Source: a virus
Lineage: Duplodnaviria; Caudoviricetes
Direction: 5' to 3' (one strand)
Virus record (IMG/VR): IMGVR_UViG_3300025390_000003
Span: 32,001-96,000 of that record
Length of the DNA stretch: 64,000 bases
Shown here: positions 1 to 10,467 of the stretch, one piece after another
Numbering within the stretch: position 1 is the stretch's first letter
Layout of the letters: the number at the start of each line of letters is the position of its first letter
Translations under genes and position numbers: made by a program
Notes under the pieces: model-generated
Databases searched by the model: none
What the model saw: the letters and a program-made list of their open reading frames with translations, nothing else
What the model was told of the DNA's origin: nothing

Positions 1-1
1 T

Positions 2-154
2 TATAATAATTCTATACTATTTACTATAGAAGGTATTGGTGGAGTCACAAAGTTCATACTACCAAAAAACCAAACATATAACTATTCTTGGTATTTCAAA
101 AATAATATAGGAATAACAGAAATCTCTAACATTTATTTGATAGGATATATATAA
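2..154 (+). CDS. 3' end of a gene cut by the window edge; paralog of the 159..827 protein
   Basis: Open frame YNNSILF...FILPKNQTYNYSWYF...NIYLIGYI* resembles the C-terminus of 159..827 (YIMLPKQALYTWNWRF...VEIIGYF*). Confidence 0.6.
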   Translation, partial: YNNSILFTIEGIGGVTKFILPKNQTYNYSWYFKNNIGITEISNIYLIGYI

Positions 155-158
155 CAAT

Positions 159-827
159 ATGAGTAATTTAAATTTAACACAACAAATACAAGAAACTATG
201 TGTATTGGTGATTCATTACCAATATTAAACAACAATTTTACGAATTTAGATAACATAACATGCAATCTTAGTTCTATTTCATCTTCTATTATTACTAATA
301 TAACTGCATTAGGAAATCTCTTCTCGACTAATATATCAGGAATAACTAATCTATTGAACAATGCAGTAGTTGGAGTATCCGCAACAGGAATTACATCACT
401 ATCATCGACTATTAATATGTTTAGTAGAACTATGGTAAGTGTAAGAGGATCAACTCAATGTTATATGCCTAATGATGCATATCCTTTTGTGGGATATACT
501 GGAACCATAACACTACCAACAAATGTTCCAAATACTGCAAATTATATTATTTTACGAGCGAATATTTCCGACCAAAGTTATGTTGATCTATCACAAGTAA
601 ATAGTCACGATGCGCCAGCAGAATTCAAAATCAATGGATATACAATCCCTGTCACAAAAAATCCTATCTCAACACTTAATGGCGCATCGTATATAATGTT
701 ACCAAAACAAGCATTATACACTTGGAATTGGAGGTTTTTTTATACACAATCGATAACTACAGGATATTGCACACCAATGTCTTGCGTGAATACCCCATTT
801 AATGTAGAAATTATTGGATATTTTTAA
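159..827 (+). CDS. Putative tail fibre/appendage structural protein
   Basis: N-terminal CIGDSLxxLNNNFxNLD module shared with 19199..19633; S/T/N-rich; ends in IGYF. Confidence 0.5.
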   Translation: MSNLNLTQQIQETMCIGDSLPILNNNFTNLDNITCNLSSISSSIITNITALGNLFSTNISGITNLLNNAVVGVSATGITSLSSTINMFSRTMVSVRGSTQCYMPNDAYPFVGYTGTITLPTNVPNTANYIILRANISDQSYVDLSQVNSHDAPAEFKINGYTIPVTKNPISTLNGASYIMLPKQALYTWNWRFFYTQSITTGYCTPMSCVNTPFNVEIIGYF

Positions 828-857
828 TACAACAAACAAAAAAGATACAAAAAGAGA

Positions 858-863
858 TAAATA
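858..863 (+). promoter_or_regulatory. T4 late-promoter-like TAAATA box (representative of many copies)
   Basis: TAAATA 11 nt before ATG 875; same motif precedes many structural genes. Confidence 0.6.
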
Positions 864-874
864 ATATTATAACT

Positions 875-1753
875 ATGAAAAATGAACTATCAAACATTTA
901 TACAAACCAAGTGTTAATCAGCGAATCAAAAACAAAGAATTCTGCTAAATCAGCACCTACAGTAAAAGGTAACAAAGGCGCAACCACCAAGGGAGAATTG
1001 GAAGGTGCCGCAAAAGCTAAACCTACCAAAGGCGCAACAGAAAAGGTATCAAAAGATATCAAAAAACCAACTGAAGACAAAAAAATGTCACAAGTAAAAG
1101 GAAAACCAACTAAAATGAAAGAAAGTGCAATTCCACAAGCGTTCGACCAAATATTCCAAAGCATTATCAACGAAGAATTTGGTGATGATTTTGCAATAGA
1201 TGGGGATAAAGTAGAAGATGATCTTTCTGCTGGTGATGAATATGGTGATGAATTAGGAGACGATACCGATAAATCCACAGAAGAAGAAACCGAAGAAGGT
1301 GGAGAAGAGGAAGCAGAAGAAAGTGAAGATCAAGTTGCGGATGATTTAAAGGCTGTTGTTGCTCAATTACAAGACTTAATTTCTAAACTTACTGGTGCGG
1401 AAGAAGAGGAAGAAGCACACGAAGAAGGCGAAGGTGAAGAAGAAGAAAAGGAGGAGGAAGAAACCGAAGTAGCACCTGAAAAGGAAGAAGAGGCTGCTCC
1501 ATATGAAGAATCATTAGATTTAAAAGGAACTCTTTCTGAATTAAGCAAGAGTTTAGGTCAACTTCTTCAAAAGAAGGACAATAAAGTAAAAGGAACATTA
1601 GGAAAAGCCAAAGGTGGTAAAGCAAGTGAAGGAAACATCCCCGAACAAGATGGAACACCAAAAGCGTTCAATCCTGACATTAAGAAATTACAGAACCCAA
1701 AAGGTGCAAATACAGTTTCAACAATCAAGAAAGGCGAATACCTTTTCAAATAA
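875..1753 (+). CDS. Highly charged low-complexity protein, possible prohead core/scaffold or internal head protein
   Basis: K-rich ends, long E/D-rich centre, late promoter, adjacent to neck gene. Confidence 0.45.
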   Translation: MKNELSNIYTNQVLISESKTKNSAKSAPTVKGNKGATTKGELEGAAKAKPTKGATEKVSKDIKKPTEDKKMSQVKGKPTKMKESAIPQAFDQIFQSIINEEFGDDFAIDGDKVEDDLSAGDEYGDELGDDTDKSTEEETEEGGEEEAEESEDQVADDLKAVVAQLQDLISKLTGAEEEEEAHEEGEGEEEEKEEEETEVAPEKEEEAAPYEESLDLKGTLSELSKSLGQLLQKKDNKVKGTLGKAKGGKASEGNIPEQDGTPKAFNPDIKKLQNPKGANTVSTIKKGEYLFK

Positions 1754-1773
1754 AATAAAAATATAGTTCATTC

Positions 1774-1807
1774 AAACCCGCTCATTGTTATGATGAGCGG
1801 GTTTTTT
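1774..1807 (+). terminator. Intrinsic terminator
   Basis: aaacccgctcat / atgagcgggttt inverted repeat followed by a T run. Confidence 0.85.
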
Positions 1808-1822
1808 CGTTAAATAATATAT

Positions 1823-2509
1823 ATGGATAAAGTTCGTTATTTAAATAAAGATATTAACGCAAACGAGCGTAATAATTTTAGTCTATGGTGGAAAGAACAA
1901 ATTGAACATTACGGAACCGAAACGAATTATTATACTAATGGATATACGTTAACTTCTCAAGATTTTATATACGGAGAAGACCCAACTGCGAAATTCTTAA
2001 GTGCTGGAAAGATTATAATGGTAACAAATATCACTAACGATTCAATTTTATTATCAAAATTTGGTGTTATGGCAGATTGTGATATGACTGCGGTAATACA
2101 TATATCAAGTTTTTATGAGAATTTTGGCCCAGGAACAGAACCAAAAGCAGGTGATTTAATTGAATTGTCTGAATATGGGGGATATGGAGATAGACCAAAT
2201 GGAAGGGGAGCACCCATATATGAAATCACAGAAAGAGATGATGAATATCTTCCAATGACTAATAGATTATTGGGACATTATGTTTTTTACATTAAATGTA
2301 AGAGATTCGAATACAGTTTCGAATCTGGTGTTCATGCAGAACCTCTTAATAATCAAGTTAACGATACTACTGCATTTGGTAGATTGTCGGGTGGTTCTAA
2401 TCCTGAAGAAATCACACCATCTCCAAATGCATCAAATGCTGATATCGAAGGTGCTAAATTATTCGACTACAATCAGAATACGTTATCTAGTCCATATGGG
2501 AACTATTAA
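1823..2509 (+). CDS. gp14: Neck protein, T4 gp14-like
   Basis: IYGEDPTAKF, SKFG and PKAGDLI motifs typical of gp14 homologs. Confidence 0.75.
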   Translation: MDKVRYLNKDINANERNNFSLWWKEQIEHYGTETNYYTNGYTLTSQDFIYGEDPTAKFLSAGKIIMVTNITNDSILLSKFGVMADCDMTAVIHISSFYENFGPGTEPKAGDLIELSEYGGYGDRPNGRGAPIYEITERDDEYLPMTNRLLGHYVFYIKCKRFEYSFESGVHAEPLNNQVNDTTAFGRLSGGSNPEEITPSPNASNADIEGAKLFDYNQNTLSSPYGNY

Positions 2510-2775
2510 AGCCCCCAAGAATTATTCGAGGATCGAGCAGCAGTAACATCCGTAATATCAAAATATATTGTAGTAGAAGTTCCGACAGATTCGACTAAAA
2601 ATGCTCGGACTTTTTGCATTTTACGAGTTTGTGGGTCTATTCTATCTATCGTTGTCTCGTTTCCAATAAAATATTCTTTATTTCCAAACTCTCTAGCAAT
2701 AGCAGTTCTTAAAAATTGTGAAATGTCTTCGCTTCCTACTTGTGCTGCGGATACTTTATAAACTTTAGGTTCCAT
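2506..2775 (-). CDS. Hypothetical protein
   Basis: 89-aa ORF preceded by TTGAAT-N16-TAAATT. Confidence 0.7.
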   Translation of the reverse strand: MEPKVYKVSAAQVGSEDISQFLRTAIAREFGNKEYFIGNETTIDRIDPQTRKMQKVRAFLVESVGTSTTIYFDITDVTAARSSNNSWGL

Positions 2776-2824
2776 ATTATTAATTTATACTATCGTTTAA
2801 AAAATTCAACTAAAATATACATAT

Positions 2825-2852
2825 TTGATTTTATTATTATACATGATAGAAT
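2825..2852 (+). promoter_or_regulatory. Sigma70-like early promoter with 16-bp spacer
   Basis: TTGATT-N16-TAGAAT, 6 nt before ATG 2859. Confidence 0.65.
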
Positions 2853-2858
2853 CGGTGT

Positions 2859-3758
2859 ATGAAAAAAAGATTAATAATAGATGGATCAAATGCTTTACAT
2901 AGAGCATATTGGATCGCTAACAACAAAAAAGACGTATTTGATAGAATAGGGACAATATTTATTTTTTTAAAATCCCTAAAAACTACAGTCGATAGATTTA
3001 AACCTGATGAAACATGGATAACTTGGGATAAAAAAATAAAATACCCATCAACAAACTTCAGAAAAGAATTAACAGGAAATGTATATAAAATACAGAGAGA
3101 TAAAACCAGAACTGAACAGGTGCATGAATGTCACGATAAATTAGTAGAATGGATAAAGCTTCTTGGTGTGTATCAATTATATCCATATGTTTTGGAAGCA
3201 GACGATGTTATTAGTTGGTTGACACAAAACAATAAAGATGGAACGAATATTATTGTGTCTATGGATAAAGACCTATTGCAATTAGTATCTGCAAACACTA
3301 TCATATACAATCCAATAAAGAGAGTTGACACAACAGCGTTAACATTTGAAGATACTATCGGAGTTGATATTAAGAATTATTTATATTACAAAGCATTATT
3401 GGGAGACACTTCAGATAATGTTGAAGGTATATACGGATATGGAAAGCAAAAAAGTAAAAAATTTGCGACTTTAGGGTTAGCTGCAATTTCCGAAGAATTA
3501 TCACCAGAAGAACTAGCAATATTCCAGAAAAATTTAAAGATAATGGATTTATCAGATTCTTTCACAAAAGAAATTGGTGAAGTGGAATGTTATCAACAAC
3601 AATTCATAGAGCAAACCCAAAACATAACACCAAAACTATCAGAATTTGAGAAAAAATGTGATAACAACGGATTTTTACAATTCTCTCGAAAGATTAATGA
3701 ATGGAAGGACGTATTTGAACATAAGGATAAATTACTCAATATTTTGCATGATTTGTAA
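2859..3758 (+). CDS. rnh: RNase H / 5'-3' flap exonuclease (T4 rnh-like)
   Basis: IIDGSN, EADDVI, SMDKDLLQL and GDTSDNVEGIYGYG motifs of the FEN/T4 RNase H family. Confidence 0.92.
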   Translation: MKKRLIIDGSNALHRAYWIANNKKDVFDRIGTIFIFLKSLKTTVDRFKPDETWITWDKKIKYPSTNFRKELTGNVYKIQRDKTRTEQVHECHDKLVEWIKLLGVYQLYPYVLEADDVISWLTQNNKDGTNIIVSMDKDLLQLVSANTIIYNPIKRVDTTALTFEDTIGVDIKNYLYYKALLGDTSDNVEGIYGYGKQKSKKFATLGLAAISEELSPEELAIFQKNLKIMDLSDSFTKEIGEVECYQQQFIEQTQNITPKLSEFEKKCDNNGFLQFSRKINEWKDVFEHKDKLLNILHDL

Positions 3759-3929
3759 TTATTTCAAACCTTCTAAAACAAAATACACATAATTTTCAAC
3801 ATCTAATTTTGTGACTTTTTGTTTTTTATAGTGTTTACATACCACATTTTCAAACTCCTTATCGTATATTATTTGTAGTGAGCATGTATCTTCGCTATTT
3901 TTATCTATATCTAATATTTCAAATTTCAT
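3759..3929 (-). CDS. Small hypothetical protein (56 aa), not in the ORF track
   Basis: MKFEILDIDKNSEDTCSLQ...VLEGLK* fills the gap between rnh and 3931..4317. Confidence 0.6.
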   Translation of the reverse strand: MKFEILDIDKNSEDTCSLQIIYDKEFENVVCKHYKKQKVTKLDVENYVYFVLEGLK

Positions 3930-3930
3930 A

Positions 3931-4317
3931 TTATTGGAGTTTCTTAAATTTTATTTTTGGTAAAGCCTTTTCAAGCAATTTTCTATATTGTCTAATCGTC
4001 AATCGGTTTATTAATGAGGCTTCCAAGGATAATACTTCATTTTCACTCAATTCTGGCAATAATGAATGTATAAGTTCATGTACAAGTGTTGGTAATATAG
4101 GTTCTCTAGGATCGAGTTCTATATATGAAACATTTTTTGCTGGTAATGTAACAAAATATCCCCAATTTGTTCTTAGTTTTCTAAAAACTATATAATCAAC
4201 ATTATCTAATTGTTTATATAATAACGTAAAATACTTCAAAACTTCGGGTTTTGTCAATTTAAACGGACGCGGATCATCAGGTTTACACTTTTTCTGTAAT
4301 TTACTAATAATCGACAT
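3931..4317 (-). CDS. Putative zincin-like metallopeptidase
   Basis: PTLVHELIH (HExxH) followed by an acidic residue; TAAATA 5 nt upstream. Confidence 0.5.
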   Translation of the reverse strand: MSIISKLQKKCKPDDPRPFKLTKPEVLKYFTLLYKQLDNVDYIVFRKLRTNWGYFVTLPAKNVSYIELDPREPILPTLVHELIHSLLPELSENEVLSLEASLINRLTIRQYRKLLEKALPKIKFKKLQ

Positions 4318-4385
4318 AAAACTATTTATCCCAACTTAAAAATAAAACAAATGAGATAATATTTAAATAAACGCTAAATAGTGAT

Positions 4386-4655
4386 ATGGAATTTGATAAT
4401 TTAGAGCTACAGAGTCACGAAGGGAAAGCAAAAAAACGCGCACCTTTCCCATTAGAAAACATTGACGAAGAATTAGCAGAAATATACTTCAAACTTAACA
4501 GTATAAAGGAACGTATACATCAAGCAAAGGTTAAAAATGCAGTGAATACAATATCAAAACGTAAAAAATTACTAAACCATATGTCGTTTAAAATTAATAC
4601 GTTATTAGGGGTTACAAAGGCTCTTGTATTTGATTTGGAGTGTCTGAAATTTTAG
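4386..4655 (+). CDS. Hypothetical late protein
   Basis: 89 aa, TAAATA 5 nt upstream. Confidence 0.6.
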   Translation: MEFDNLELQSHEGKAKKRAPFPLENIDEELAEIYFKLNSIKERIHQAKVKNAVNTISKRKKLLNHMSFKINTLLGVTKALVFDLECLKF

Positions 4656-5094
4656 CAACTATATTTTCTAAAGGATTCTTTGTAGTTTCTATGGGTGTCG
4701 TTAATTGTGTGGTAAAGAATTGTAATTTAATTCCATTAACCTGACCACAATGTTCACAAGGAAATCTATTGTCTCTATTTAAAAATACTGGAACTATATT
4801 ATTTTTCTTACAATACGCACACTGCACTTGTATAGAAATCTTAGAAAGTGTCTCTAATGTCTCATTCTCTAATTTAGACATAGATATAAATTCTTTTTTT
4901 TGTATTATACTATTAATAACAATAAACCCAACATATTGTATTCCTATAGTTATGAAAAATGGAGGCCAAAATACACCTTTCCATAAATATATACCATAAG
5001 AAATGCAAGATGCAACAAATAATGTAAGTAATATAGAAACGCTTAGAATTTTAAATTCTAAACTTACAAAGAACGATTTGATTTTTTCAAACAT
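4612..5094 (-). CDS. Membrane protein with C-terminal zinc ribbon
   Basis: Two hydrophobic segments then CAYC...CEHC. Confidence 0.65.
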   Translation of the reverse strand: MFEKIKSFFVSLEFKILSVSILLTLFVASCISYGIYLWKGVFWPPFFITIGIQYVGFIVINSIIQKKEFISMSKLENETLETLSKISIQVQCAYCKKNNIVPVFLNRDNRFPCEHCGQVNGIKLQFFTTQLTTPIETTKNPLENIVAKISDTPNQIQEPL

Positions 5095-5124
5095 AACCTT
5101 ATTTATGTAATGAACTACAATATA

Positions 5125-5397
5125 TCAAGGTTTGTTTTTATATGTTTTCGAAATGTTAATTGGTGAAGATTTGAAGTTTTGATAATATATAACATCCGAA
5201 GCATTATCCACATATTTTAAAATTTCTAGGGGTTTTAGTTCAACTGTTTCGAAATCTATATTCCTTTCATCACATTTATCACCAATTATTTCCATAGCTT
5301 CTTGCAATGCTGCCCATCTGCTTATCTCATAATCACTAAGTTTGGATATGTTTATGTTAGATGGTTTTGTTGTCGTATCCGTCTCGTTTTTATTCAT
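5125..5397 (-). CDS. Hypothetical protein
   Basis: 90-aa ORF in the coding direction. Confidence 0.65.
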   Translation of the reverse strand: MNKNETDTTTKPSNINISKLSDYEISRWAALQEAMEIIGDKCDERNIDFETVELKPLEILKYVDNASDVIYYQNFKSSPINISKTYKNKP

Positions 5398-5445
5398 AAT
5401 TTATAGTATGCCAGAAAATCTATACTAAGTCAATTATATTTTTTG

Positions 5446-5712
5446 TTATTTAGAATTTTTATTATCTAAATTAGCAATACATACAGTATACACATCTTCT
5501 GGTAATTGTTCTATATATTCTAAAAGTTTAGTTGAAATAGAAGATTCGAAGGTTTTTTTACTAAGAGATATTGGAAATCTATCGGGTAGTTGCATGAAGT
5601 TATAACATAAATCATCGTTTTCTATATATATCAAAAATTCGCCTCGTTTATTTCTTGTGAATGCGTAAATTCCCCTTTTTTTAGGAATCGGAGTAAAAAG
5701 TTCTTTAATCAT
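5446..5712 (-). CDS. Hypothetical protein
   Basis: 88-aa ORF preceded by TTGACT-N16-TATATT-N6-ATG. Confidence 0.7.
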   Translation of the reverse strand: MIKELFTPIPKKRGIYAFTRNKRGEFLIYIENDDLCYNFMQLPDRFPISLSKKTFESSISTKLLEYIEQLPEDVYTVCIANLDNKNSK

Positions 5713-5752
5713 TAATATAATATATAAAAAATCAACAAAAAGTCAACAAAAA

Positions 5753-8700
5753 TTAATGTAATATGTTATAAACTATCATTTCTCGTAAGCTGCATGTTGG
5801 TAAGTTTTCTATATATACTTCAACTAGAGTATTATCACCACTAACATTTTTTATAATAGTAGAGTATACATATTCTTTTGTATTGTAATTATAGCTAATA
5901 ACTGGCCTATCGATAATCGACTGTGTTCCTTGTAATCCTTCAAACTCTAACACATCAACAGGTAAAACTGGAAAAGTTTTTATAAGTTTATGAGTATTTA
6001 AATCAAGGCTATATAATTCAGGATGGAATATACCAGAACTTAACCAAGCAACACTTATTATTATTTTTTTCTCCTCTGGAAAAAACCAAGTTTCTCCTGT
6101 TTTTGCAACATCATATCCACTTAATGAACCTAACGACAATTCTCTATTAAGATTTAATTCTATTGGTAGTGCAAGAGATATAAAGTTCGATTTATTTGTA
6201 TTGCTACTAATTTCTCCAAGAGTATAATCATAATTTAGTTTCTCGAATATAACAACACCAGAGGTTTCAAACATTATAGTATCATAAAACACATCAACAT
6301 TTCTAAGTTTAGTTGATAATTCTGCATATAAATTAGAATTTGAGTATGATAAAAACACCGAAGATAAAGATTCCATTGCTGGTTTGACTATCTGATTATT
6401 CGCTCTCGTCCATAATTCACCAAAAACTTCCTTTCTATCAACAGGAGAAACATTTTTTATATTCTTATACAATCCATATTGATTTCCGAATATATCTGAA
6501 CACCAAACATCAAGTTGATTTCCAGATTTTTTAAGAACTTGTGACTCTTCCCATGCTGGAACATTAACCTGACCAGCAAAGTTTACTGGATGATTGTTAA
6601 TATCGACCCATTGGCTATCCTGTACGCCTCCCCAAGGGCTTTGTTTACTATTTGGGGTAATAAGTCCCACATTACTATTTTTATGGGTTTCTATGCTTGA
6701 TTGATAAGGGATGAACTTCTGATATTGTTTAGAAACAGTTTTTTTAATATCTCCTGCTGCTTGTCCTGTAATCACCAAATTTTTCATCCATGTATTATCA
6801 TCTTTGATTATTTTATATGGTGTTGGTTGATCTGTTTTAGACAATCCTCTACCACCAATTCTACGAGTAGCATCCTCTGTAATATTCGACAACTGAGATG
6901 ATGAAATATCATATACATAAGTATAATTTTTTCCTGTATACACTGAAGTCCCTAAATTGTTTGGAATGAAATATCCACCACTTTCATCTTCTGTATATAT
7001 ATCTTGTAAAGTTGGTAATATCGCAAGGGAAGGATAATTTCTATTAGTCAAATTTGCCCAAGGCTGTTGACTTACGATAGCAGAACTTAGCGAAAAATCA
7101 TTCTGTGTTAATACTTGTTGATATTCTCTATTTGCTGTTATATCCCATGTGAATGACCCTAAAGCATTATAATATACTCTAACAGGCTTATTGTCCACAA
7201 AGTTACTAAGAGTTATATCGCTCGGAACATTTAATGCACTTGAAGCATTAATTAGTGAAACGTTCGATATTGTAGCCAGATTTGATATACCTTCATCATT
7301 AATTAAAATTTTATTCCAACTTAATGAATTTACCAAAATTTTTAATGTTACTGGTTGATCCCAAGTAAAATCAATATCGTTGTTTTGATACTCGACATAC
7401 ACACCAGTATGGAAACTCATATCGGATATTATTGGTTGAGTAACGATATTATGAATATCAACAACTCTTGGTATTGTTCCCCAACTCTCTACTGTATTGT
7501 TACCAGTAACTATAGATTTATCAGTAAATCCTTTAACCCAAATAGGTCTTGCTCCTAAATACTTGCCATCATATTTATATGTATTATAGTTCCATCCGTA
7601 TAAATTAGTAGCCAATACAAATCCAGGTACTGGTGTATTATATGAAGTAAGAGACGTTGAATATGTTTGTGTTACTGTTGATGTTATTGCTGGAATTTGT
7701 GTGAATATATATGATCCTCCACCAACAAGACCAGCAATAAGAGTTACGTTATATGTGCCTGTGACCGTTGGAGAAAATGTTAATATTGTTGTATTATCTC
7801 CAGTTTTGTTATATGAGACACCACTTGGATCGATAAGTGTCCAATTTAAAGAAGATATCGCTGATAATGCCACTGTAGGATATTGTGCGTCATTTGCTTG
7901 CAGGGCAGATGCATTAACTACATCCACAACAGGATACGCAACATTCACCGTAGGTATAGGAAATTGATCCATCACTACTAAATCATAGGTAGACCATATA
8001 CTGTGTCCATTAAGATTTATGTTTGTATCGTTTGGTGCTAAACCAGACAATGTAAAATTCGAAGTTGGTGCCTTTTCGTATAATAAAACATCTCCAGCAT
8101 TCAACTGCATATTAGAAGGAACCTTTGCATTATACCAATTCCCATTAGCATCTTTCAATGCTTTTATCCACTTAGCAGAAGTTGTATTAAATGGATATCT
8201 AACTACATAATCAGGAAATGGAATATCGTCTAAATCTTGCAATTTAGCTGTTGTTCTATAATATACATAAGATTTTCCGGTTTCTAGTGTAAATGTTTTG
8301 TTGGAAACTATAGTATTTGTAGACACCCAACTACCATTACCCCAATTCGGAGTAATTTCATTAGTTTTGAACCAAGTGAATCCTATACTATTTTGGTAAT
8401 CGTTTCCATCCAAACCTTTCCAATTATTCAAATCAAATTCGTTTGGTGAAAATGTATCTTCAGCTATAAAATCACCAAAACCGCCGAAATCTGTATATAT
8501 ATTACCATTATGCCCAAATGGGGTAAATTGAACTTGTCTACACTTACACAATGTATGATCTTTAGCATTTAATGTTTTTAGATATGGACAATTATTTTCA
8601 TGTAATAAAGATTTAAATGCTGTATTTGCTGAAGTTGGCTCTCCTGTCCATGCAAATCTAGTAACTAATCCTGATGCGAAATTTGATGTGAATCCATTCT

Positions 8701-10438
8701 GTTTTATAGATGCGACCTTTCCGTTTTGTATATAATCTCCTGATAACCATGCTGCTTCTAATGCGTCAGAATATGAAGATTGATAATTAGGAACTTTGTA
8801 TATTACATCCGCAGAACTTAAACTGTCGGAAGCTGTCGCATAAGGAACATATATAGTAGATAGTAACATTGATGCACATATGTCAAATGTATTATTATCA
8901 GGATATGCGCTTACTGAACTTACATTAGTATTATTGACTGTAAGATAGGGCCAAGAAATGGTTGTGTTACTACCAGAAATAATAGACAATTCAGTTTTTG
9001 TCACTTTATACAACCAAGCTTCTTGAACTTCACCAGTATATGTTGATGCATCATATGTAACTGGTGTGTCCCACATTCGTATTTTATCAGAGAATTTATA
9101 ATCTACGTTTGGATACGCACCTGAATCTACCAATGTTGCATTATTGATAGCGACTAATTCTACTGCACTCAAGCTAAAATCACTATTCCAATATTCAGTT
9201 TCTACTCCCTTTCTATAAACAACATTTAAAAAATCATAACTAGGATCAGAACTTAATGAAGGTCCAGTCCAAGCCAGCCCATCGCCACTTAACCCATATC
9301 CAATAAACGGAAATCTAAAAATCGTCTTTTGGTTTCCGTTTAATAGTGCATGCATTTTTAAATTCTCATACACATCATAATCATTGAAGTTTAACCACGC
9401 ACCCTGAATTCCCCTGTTAGTTTCTACAAATATAGTATCAGAAGTGTCAATACTCGATCCAGCAACACCCAAAGTTTCGATATTAGCAGAACTCAATGCA
9501 CTAGATTTATATATTGGGAGGCTTGTCGCATTGGTTACATACGCGCCGTAAGGATAATAGAAAACATTCGTTCCATTTGCGATATCAACTGTATAAAAAT
9601 CCGAAGAAACATTAGTAACTAGATTATTAACATTAAATTTAGATTCTGCTAAATATTTACTAGAAAAATCTACTAAATTATCTGAAGATAGATTGAATGT
9701 TCCTGCTTCATATGCCCAATTTAATGATGATAATGACAACCCCTTCGATTTAAAATATGCATCAGTTGTAATATCTTGTGTATCAATATATGCAGATAAC
9801 GGAACATCCACACTTCTATCAAAATATTGGTGATCGTCATACACATCCTCAATTTCTACACTAATCGAATCTTTGATAGCACTCAAATCTGGTAATGTAT
9901 TCCACACATTTGCTGGAACTGTAATATACGAATTATCAATTTTGCTATAATTTGATAATATAATCTCTTTTAACTCTTGAACAATACCTCTTGGTGATCC
10001 TGCAATATTATATTTTAATTTTGTATTCTTTAAATTTTTACGTAAACGCAAATAATATAAAGCAATATTTTTAAGTTTTTTAGCAAAGAAAGGGATAGCA
10101 AGCAATAATTCCTTTTCATCATTTAAATTTACTTGATTATACCAATTTTGTTTTTCATCATCAGTAAGATATATTTGAAGTCCATTTAAAAGGTTTAAAT
10201 ATTTCAACCTAAGTTTCTCTAAAGATGTTGTGGTTTTATCGGGTTTTTTAGTATACCAAGATATTAAGTATTGATTATATTGTTGATATTCCTGATTTGG
10301 GATAATACTTTTGAACGAAGCATACCAATTTTTAAAAGACAATGGAGCATCTTGATCAAAATCAGTAGATATCAATCTTTCTGGATTTGCATATTTGTCT
10401 AATTGCGTTAAAGCTTGGTTTTGATTATTCGTTTGCAC
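5753..10438 (-). CDS. Very large baseplate/tail-associated structural protein
   Basis: 1561 aa, beta-rich S/T/N composition, downstream of gp25-gp6, TAAATA upstream. Confidence 0.7.
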   Translation of the reverse strand: MQTNNQNQALTQLDKYANPERLISTDFDQDAPLSFKNWYASFKSIIPNQEYQQYNQYLISWYTKKPDKTTTSLEKLRLKYLNLLNGLQIYLTDDEKQNWYNQVNLNDEKELLLAIPFFAKKLKNIALYYLRLRKNLKNTKLKYNIAGSPRGIVQELKEIILSNYSKIDNSYITVPANVWNTLPDLSAIKDSISVEIEDVYDDHQYFDRSVDVPLSAYIDTQDITTDAYFKSKGLSLSSLNWAYEAGTFNLSSDNLVDFSSKYLAESKFNVNNLVTNVSSDFYTVDIANGTNVFYYPYGAYVTNATSLPIYKSSALSSANIETLGVAGSSIDTSDTIFVETNRGIQGAWLNFNDYDVYENLKMHALLNGNQKTIFRFPFIGYGLSGDGLAWTGPSLSSDPSYDFLNVVYRKGVETEYWNSDFSLSAVELVAINNATLVDSGAYPNVDYKFSDKIRMWDTPVTYDASTYTGEVQEAWLYKVTKTELSIISGSNTTISWPYLTVNNTNVSSVSAYPDNNTFDICASMLLSTIYVPYATASDSLSSADVIYKVPNYQSSYSDALEAAWLSGDYIQNGKVASIKQNGFTSNFASGLVTRFAWTGEPTSANTAFKSLLHENNCPYLKTLNAKDHTLCKCRQVQFTPFGHNGNIYTDFGGFGDFIAEDTFSPNEFDLNNWKGLDGNDYQNSIGFTWFKTNEITPNWGNGSWVSTNTIVSNKTFTLETGKSYVYYRTTAKLQDLDDIPFPDYVVRYPFNTTSAKWIKALKDANGNWYNAKVPSNMQLNAGDVLLYEKAPTSNFTLSGLAPNDTNINLNGHSIWSTYDLVVMDQFPIPTVNVAYPVVDVVNASALQANDAQYPTVALSAISSLNWTLIDPSGVSYNKTGDNTTILTFSPTVTGTYNVTLIAGLVGGGSYIFTQIPAITSTVTQTYSTSLTSYNTPVPGFVLATNLYGWNYNTYKYDGKYLGARPIWVKGFTDKSIVTGNNTVESWGTIPRVVDIHNIVTQPIISDMSFHTGVYVEYQNNDIDFTWDQPVTLKILVNSLSWNKILINDEGISNLATISNVSLINASSALNVPSDITLSNFVDNKPVRVYYNALGSFTWDITANREYQQVLTQNDFSLSSAIVSQQPWANLTNRNYPSLAILPTLQDIYTEDESGGYFIPNNLGTSVYTGKNYTYVYDISSSQLSNITEDATRRIGGRGLSKTDQPTPYKIIKDDNTWMKNLVITGQAAGDIKKTVSKQYQKFIPYQSSIETHKNSNVGLITPNSKQSPWGGVQDSQWVDINNHPVNFAGQVNVPAWEESQVLKKSGNQLDVWCSDIFGNQYGLYKNIKNVSPVDRKEVFGELWTRANNQIVKPAMESLSSVFLSYSNSNLYAELSTKLRNVDVFYDTIMFETSGVVIFEKLNYDYTLGEISSNTNKSNFISLALPIELNLNRELSLGSLSGYDVAKTGETWFFPEEKKIIISVAWLSSGIFHPELYSLDLNTHKLIKTFPVLPVDVLEFEGLQGTQSIIDRPVISYNYNTKEYVYSTIIKNVSGDNTLVEVYIENLPTCSLREMIVYNILH

Positions 10439-10467
10439 AATATTTCAATTATTTAATGTAGAAAATC

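Noticed and set aside
898-1749. Ser/Phe-rich minus-strand ORFs
   Set aside because: Shadows of the Glu/Lys-rich 875..1753 gene
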